The translations under genes and the position numbers were made by a program. Source: an uncultured virus (IMG/VR IMGVR_UViG_3300025124_000003) (lineage: Duplodnaviria > Heunggongvirae > Uroviricota > Caudoviricetes). Taken from it: a stretch of DNA of 61,530 nucleotides. How positions within the stretch are numbered: the first letter of the stretch is position 1; each line of letters opens with the position of its first letter. Under the pieces are notes generated by a model that searched no databases, was not told the DNA's origin, and saw only the letters and a list, made by a program, of their open reading frames with translations. The stretch lies in the IMG/VR virus record IMGVR_UViG_3300025124_000003. One strand, given 5' to 3'. This document shows positions 58,793 to 61,530 of the stretch, piece after piece.

Positions 58793-58863
58793 TGGCACCC
58801 CTGCAAGGAGTCGAACCTTGCCATCTCAGTTCGTAGCCGAGAGTTTAATCCACTAACAGGGGC
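58793..58863 (-). tRNA. tRNA-Arg (ACG)
   Basis: Compact cloverleaf, GCCA. Confidence 0.8.
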
Positions 58864-58886
58864 ATAATCTCCTTAAGTTTTATAAA

Positions 58887-58915
58887 ATCTTACACCAAGG
58901 ACATTAACTTGTCAA
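58887..58915 (-). promoter_or_regulatory. Sigma70-type promoter TTGACA-17-TAAGAT for the tRNA cluster
   Basis: Near-consensus boxes and spacing. Confidence 0.65.
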
Positions 58916-58949
58916 TACTAAATATTTAATTGTCAAGGATCATAAAACT

Positions 58950-58986
58950 AAAAAACCACCTACAAAATTTTCTGTAGGTGGTTTTT
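58950..58986 (-). terminator. Intrinsic terminator (putative attenuator)
   Basis: AAAAACCACCTACA-loop-TGTAGGTGGTTTTTT. Confidence 0.8.
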
Positions 58987-59017
58987 ATTAATATATGTAT
59001 ACCAATAATTAAACCAC

Positions 59018-59119
59018 CTACACTACCCCCTGATACTCATCACGTGTAACAAAACACGCCATGGGGTTCATGTCGCTAATATTAAACGACCAACTAATAT
59101 GTATCCGTGATTTTTTCAT
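59018..59119 (-). CDS. Putative leader peptide MKKSRIHISWSFNISDMNPMACFVTRDEYQGVV
   Basis: GGAG upstream, in-frame alternative ATG at 59137; TATAAATA at 59153-59160; stop lies inside the antiterminator segment. Confidence 0.7.
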   Translation of the reverse strand: MKKSRIHISWSFNISDMNPMACFVTRDEYQGVV

Positions 59120-59202
59120 TGAAATTGACATCTCCATAATCTTCTTATAAGTTATTTATAAAAAATTTCATTTTTTTTGCAAAAAAAAAATATTAATTTG
59201 TG

Positions 59203-59499
59203 TTAATTATAACCACTAATCAATTCAAGTTGCTGTTTTAACTGACGATTTTCCTCTTCAAGTTCCTTCATACTTTCTACCCATTTCGGGTTTGGTGCAA
59301 GACGATTGTGACCGCATTCAGGGTTCTTACAGAAGTATGACGCTCTTTCCCAATTCGCACCCCATACTTCACACTCTTTTGAATACAGAACTTTCTTGGT
59401 CAGTTGACTTTGGTATTTAGCAGGTAAAACAATGGTGATATCAACCATCATATCAATCTTATCACTACCACATTTTACACATCTTGGTATATACGACAT
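59203..59499 (-). CDS. Zn-ribbon/coiled-coil hypothetical protein
   Basis: CVKCG...CKNPEC. Confidence 0.55.
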   Translation of the reverse strand: MSYIPRCVKCGSDKIDMMVDITIVLPAKYQSQLTKKVLYSKECEVWGANWERASYFCKNPECGHNRLAPNPKWVESMKELEEENRQLKQQLELISGYN

Positions 59500-59548
59500 T
59501 ATAAACCCCTATAGAAAGGGGTGACATAAGCCACCCCCTTTATTTGAT

Positions 59549-60403
59549 TTAGATGATGAACAAATCTCCGGCATCAGAAAAGAAATCATCGACAACTTTT
59601 TCGATACGTTTGTGAGCGGCCGTGAAAATAGGAGAACTGTTACCGCGTCCCGGTCGTTCGGATGCGATTGCCGAAAGAACCGTATATGCACCGAAGCGCG
59701 TTTGTCGAACTCCGAGACGAGTAAATAGTTGATTATAAGAGTTGATAATTAACCGCGCCTGATTTTCGGACAAATAGCCATTGCGACCACCACTTTCATC
59801 GACCAGGCCATTAACAAAAGACTCAAATTGCTCACCCGTAAACACCTCTTGATCAAAACGGCGAAACATTTCAGCGGTTTGACGGAAAAGTTCAAGTTTT
59901 GCTGCAAAGTCTTCACGGATACGGGCAACCAGACCGCGTTGAACGTGCGAATAGGTCTGAGTGAACATATTGTTCAAGAAAGTAACATTTCCGTTATCAC
60001 GGTATGCGGCAACAGTGAAACCTACACTGGATTTACCATCGTACCCGTTGAAAATTGAAACCTTGGTTTTAATAATTTCATCGCCAATTGACATATTGAA
60101 CTGATCACCATCGAGGATAAAATCACGTTGCCAACGGTTCTGTTTCCAGTTCAGGTGGTCACAAACTGATTCAATCGGAAGATCGGCAAAGGCTTCTGAG
60201 AAAATATCAAAAACCTCTTCGTTCAACATAAGTTTGTAGTGAGGACCAACAGTACCAAGAACTTTACCGTTTTCACCATTCAACAGTGCATCACGGTCAA
60301 CATACAAATCTGTAGGAGTTTCGTCACCTTCATAGGTGAAAGGGGTGAAAAGTTTATTTCGGATTACAGGGTAAAAAGGATTCAATTGATTAAGAAACTG
60401 CAT
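59549..60403 (-). CDS. DUF932/DUF945-like protein
   Basis: LGTVG..Y.L..N.E.F, NGYDGKSS, H. Confidence 0.7.
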   Translation of the reverse strand: MQFLNQLNPFYPVIRNKLFTPFTYEGDETPTDLYVDRDALLNGENGKVLGTVGPHYKLMLNEEVFDIFSEAFADLPIESVCDHLNWKQNRWQRDFILDGDQFNMSIGDEIIKTKVSIFNGYDGKSSVGFTVAAYRDNGNVTFLNNMFTQTYSHVQRGLVARIREDFAAKLELFRQTAEMFRRFDQEVFTGEQFESFVNGLVDESGGRNGYLSENQARLIINSYNQLFTRLGVRQTRFGAYTVLSAIASERPGRGNSSPIFTAAHKRIEKVVDDFFSDAGDLFII

Positions 60404-60421
60404 TTTTATATCTCCTATTAA

Positions 60422-60694
60422 TTAAAGTTCATAACCTTTGTCGATTGCCCATTTTTTAACATCATCTTTTAACGCATTACTTGCGATAGAGAATGAATTG
60501 GCGACAACTGGTTTGGAATTAGCCCTTACTGATCCAGAAGACCCCAAAAGAATGTACTTTTTATCGCCTTTTGACGTAACCCATTCTAACACAGAATATT
60601 TGTTTTTGGAAGGAATTTCTTTAGCACCACGGACAGACTCAAAATACATTTTGTATTGTTCTTTGAGGGTGAGGTTTTTAAATAGTTTCGCCAT
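60422..60694 (-). CDS. Hypothetical early protein
   Basis: ORF with TTGACA-17-TAGTAT promoter upstream. Confidence 0.55.
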   Translation of the reverse strand: MAKLFKNLTLKEQYKMYFESVRGAKEIPSKNKYSVLEWVTSKGDKKYILLGSSGSVRANSKPVVANSFSIASNALKDDVKKWAIDKGYEL

Positions 60695-60763
60695 AACATT
60701 TTCCTTTTGTAGAACGAGATAACCCCATACTATCCAAATATGGGGTGAGTGTCAAGGATTTTA

Positions 60764-61246
60764 TTATACACTCCAACCATTTTTATAGCCTCTTGGTAGT
60801 TCAGTGAAACTTCCAGTTGCATTATCAGTATGTTGAGAAATTGCGGATAAAAAGTCCGAAACACGTCTCTGTTGACTTGGATGAAGTGATACTTCTGGTT
60901 CTCTAATGAAAATTGGCAACCCCTGACCAGCCTTCTGCATCAACTTAATCGGAAGGTCACATAAACCAATAACATGTGCCATAGAGTCTGGACGGTCTTG
61001 TGGCTGTAGATCACGCTCAATCTGATACCCAAGTATATATTCAATCCATGCATTCGCCACAGGATCAATTTTTACAACACGATTACCATGATAACGAGTG
61101 TAATCAAAATTGATTTCAATTGCATCAGTTACGTCAACTTGAAGATTCCCTTCATGACAAATAATTGTCAAAGGTTTCGATAGATCCAAATCTTCATGGT
61201 CAGTCCATTGACCCCCGCCCATTCCACGACTTCTAATTCCTACCAT
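60764..61246 (-). CDS. ABC/AAA-ATPase Walker-B-like fragment protein
   Basis: FIREPEVSLHPSQQ; no Walker A. Confidence 0.5.
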   Translation of the reverse strand: MVGIRSRGMGGGQWTDHEDLDLSKPLTIICHEGNLQVDVTDAIEINFDYTRYHGNRVVKIDPVANAWIEYILGYQIERDLQPQDRPDSMAHVIGLCDLPIKLMQKAGQGLPIFIREPEVSLHPSQQRRVSDFLSAISQHTDNATGSFTELPRGYKNGWSV

Positions 61247-61262
61247 TTTTAATACCCCTTTA

Positions 61263-61511
61263 TCAATAAATTGTCAAAGCAACGTTCATATTTTCTGGTA
61301 GATCCGTTTCGGGTACGCCATAAAACTCTAAAACCTTTTTAATAAGGAGTTCGGCTCTTTCCTGATTGTATATAAGAATTTCTTCCAAGTCACCCTCGTA
61401 ATCACAAGTTTCGTCGATATATCCATCCTTATAGAACGCTCGGTTACCACAACCAAAAGTAATCTTAAAATATGGTGACGGTGTAACTACTTCGAATGAT
61501 TTGGGTTCCAT
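61263..61511 (-). CDS. Hypothetical protein
   Basis: ORF with SD AAGGAG. Confidence 0.5.
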   Translation of the reverse strand: MEPKSFEVVTPSPYFKITFGCGNRAFYKDGYIDETCDYEGDLEEILIYNQERAELLIKKVLEFYGVPETDLPENMNVALTIY

Positions 61512-61530
61512 GTTTTTCTCCTTGTAAAAG

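Noticed and set aside
1..61530. Stop-codon recoding or CRISPR array
   Set aside because: Core genes read intact in code 11, no suppressor tRNA was seen, and no regularly spaced repeats were found.

Overview
AT-rich segment of a large T4-like dsDNA phage, with almost all genes on the - strand. It carries the T4-type replication core (gp43 PolB running off the left edge, gp41, UvsY/UvsW, gp45/gp62/gp44, gp61, RNase H, gp32), nucleotide-metabolism genes (class II RNR, dUTPase, ThyX), holin/spanin/GH108 lysis genes, T4-style TATAAATA late promoters and 25 tRNA genes. Two PpcA/c7-type triheme cytochromes plus spanins suggest a Gram-negative Desulfobacterota (Geobacter/Desulfuromonas-like) host (inference). 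Highlights: (1) an apparent leader-peptide attenuator at the head of the tRNA cluster whose 33-codon peptide uses 19 of 20 amino acids; (2) a complete Ubl-E2-E1-JAB operon; (3) a UvsW gene broken into three pieces by a split intein plus homing endonuclease and by an MTase/nuclease cassette; (4) an rRNA-operon-like unit with two large structured RNAs and several smaller pseudoknotted RNAs; (5) Mom-like, sulfotransferase, QueC-like and APS-kinase modification genes. Several single-base frameshifts at homopolymers suggest residual indel errors in the assembly. All calls come from reading motifs by eye; no searches were run.
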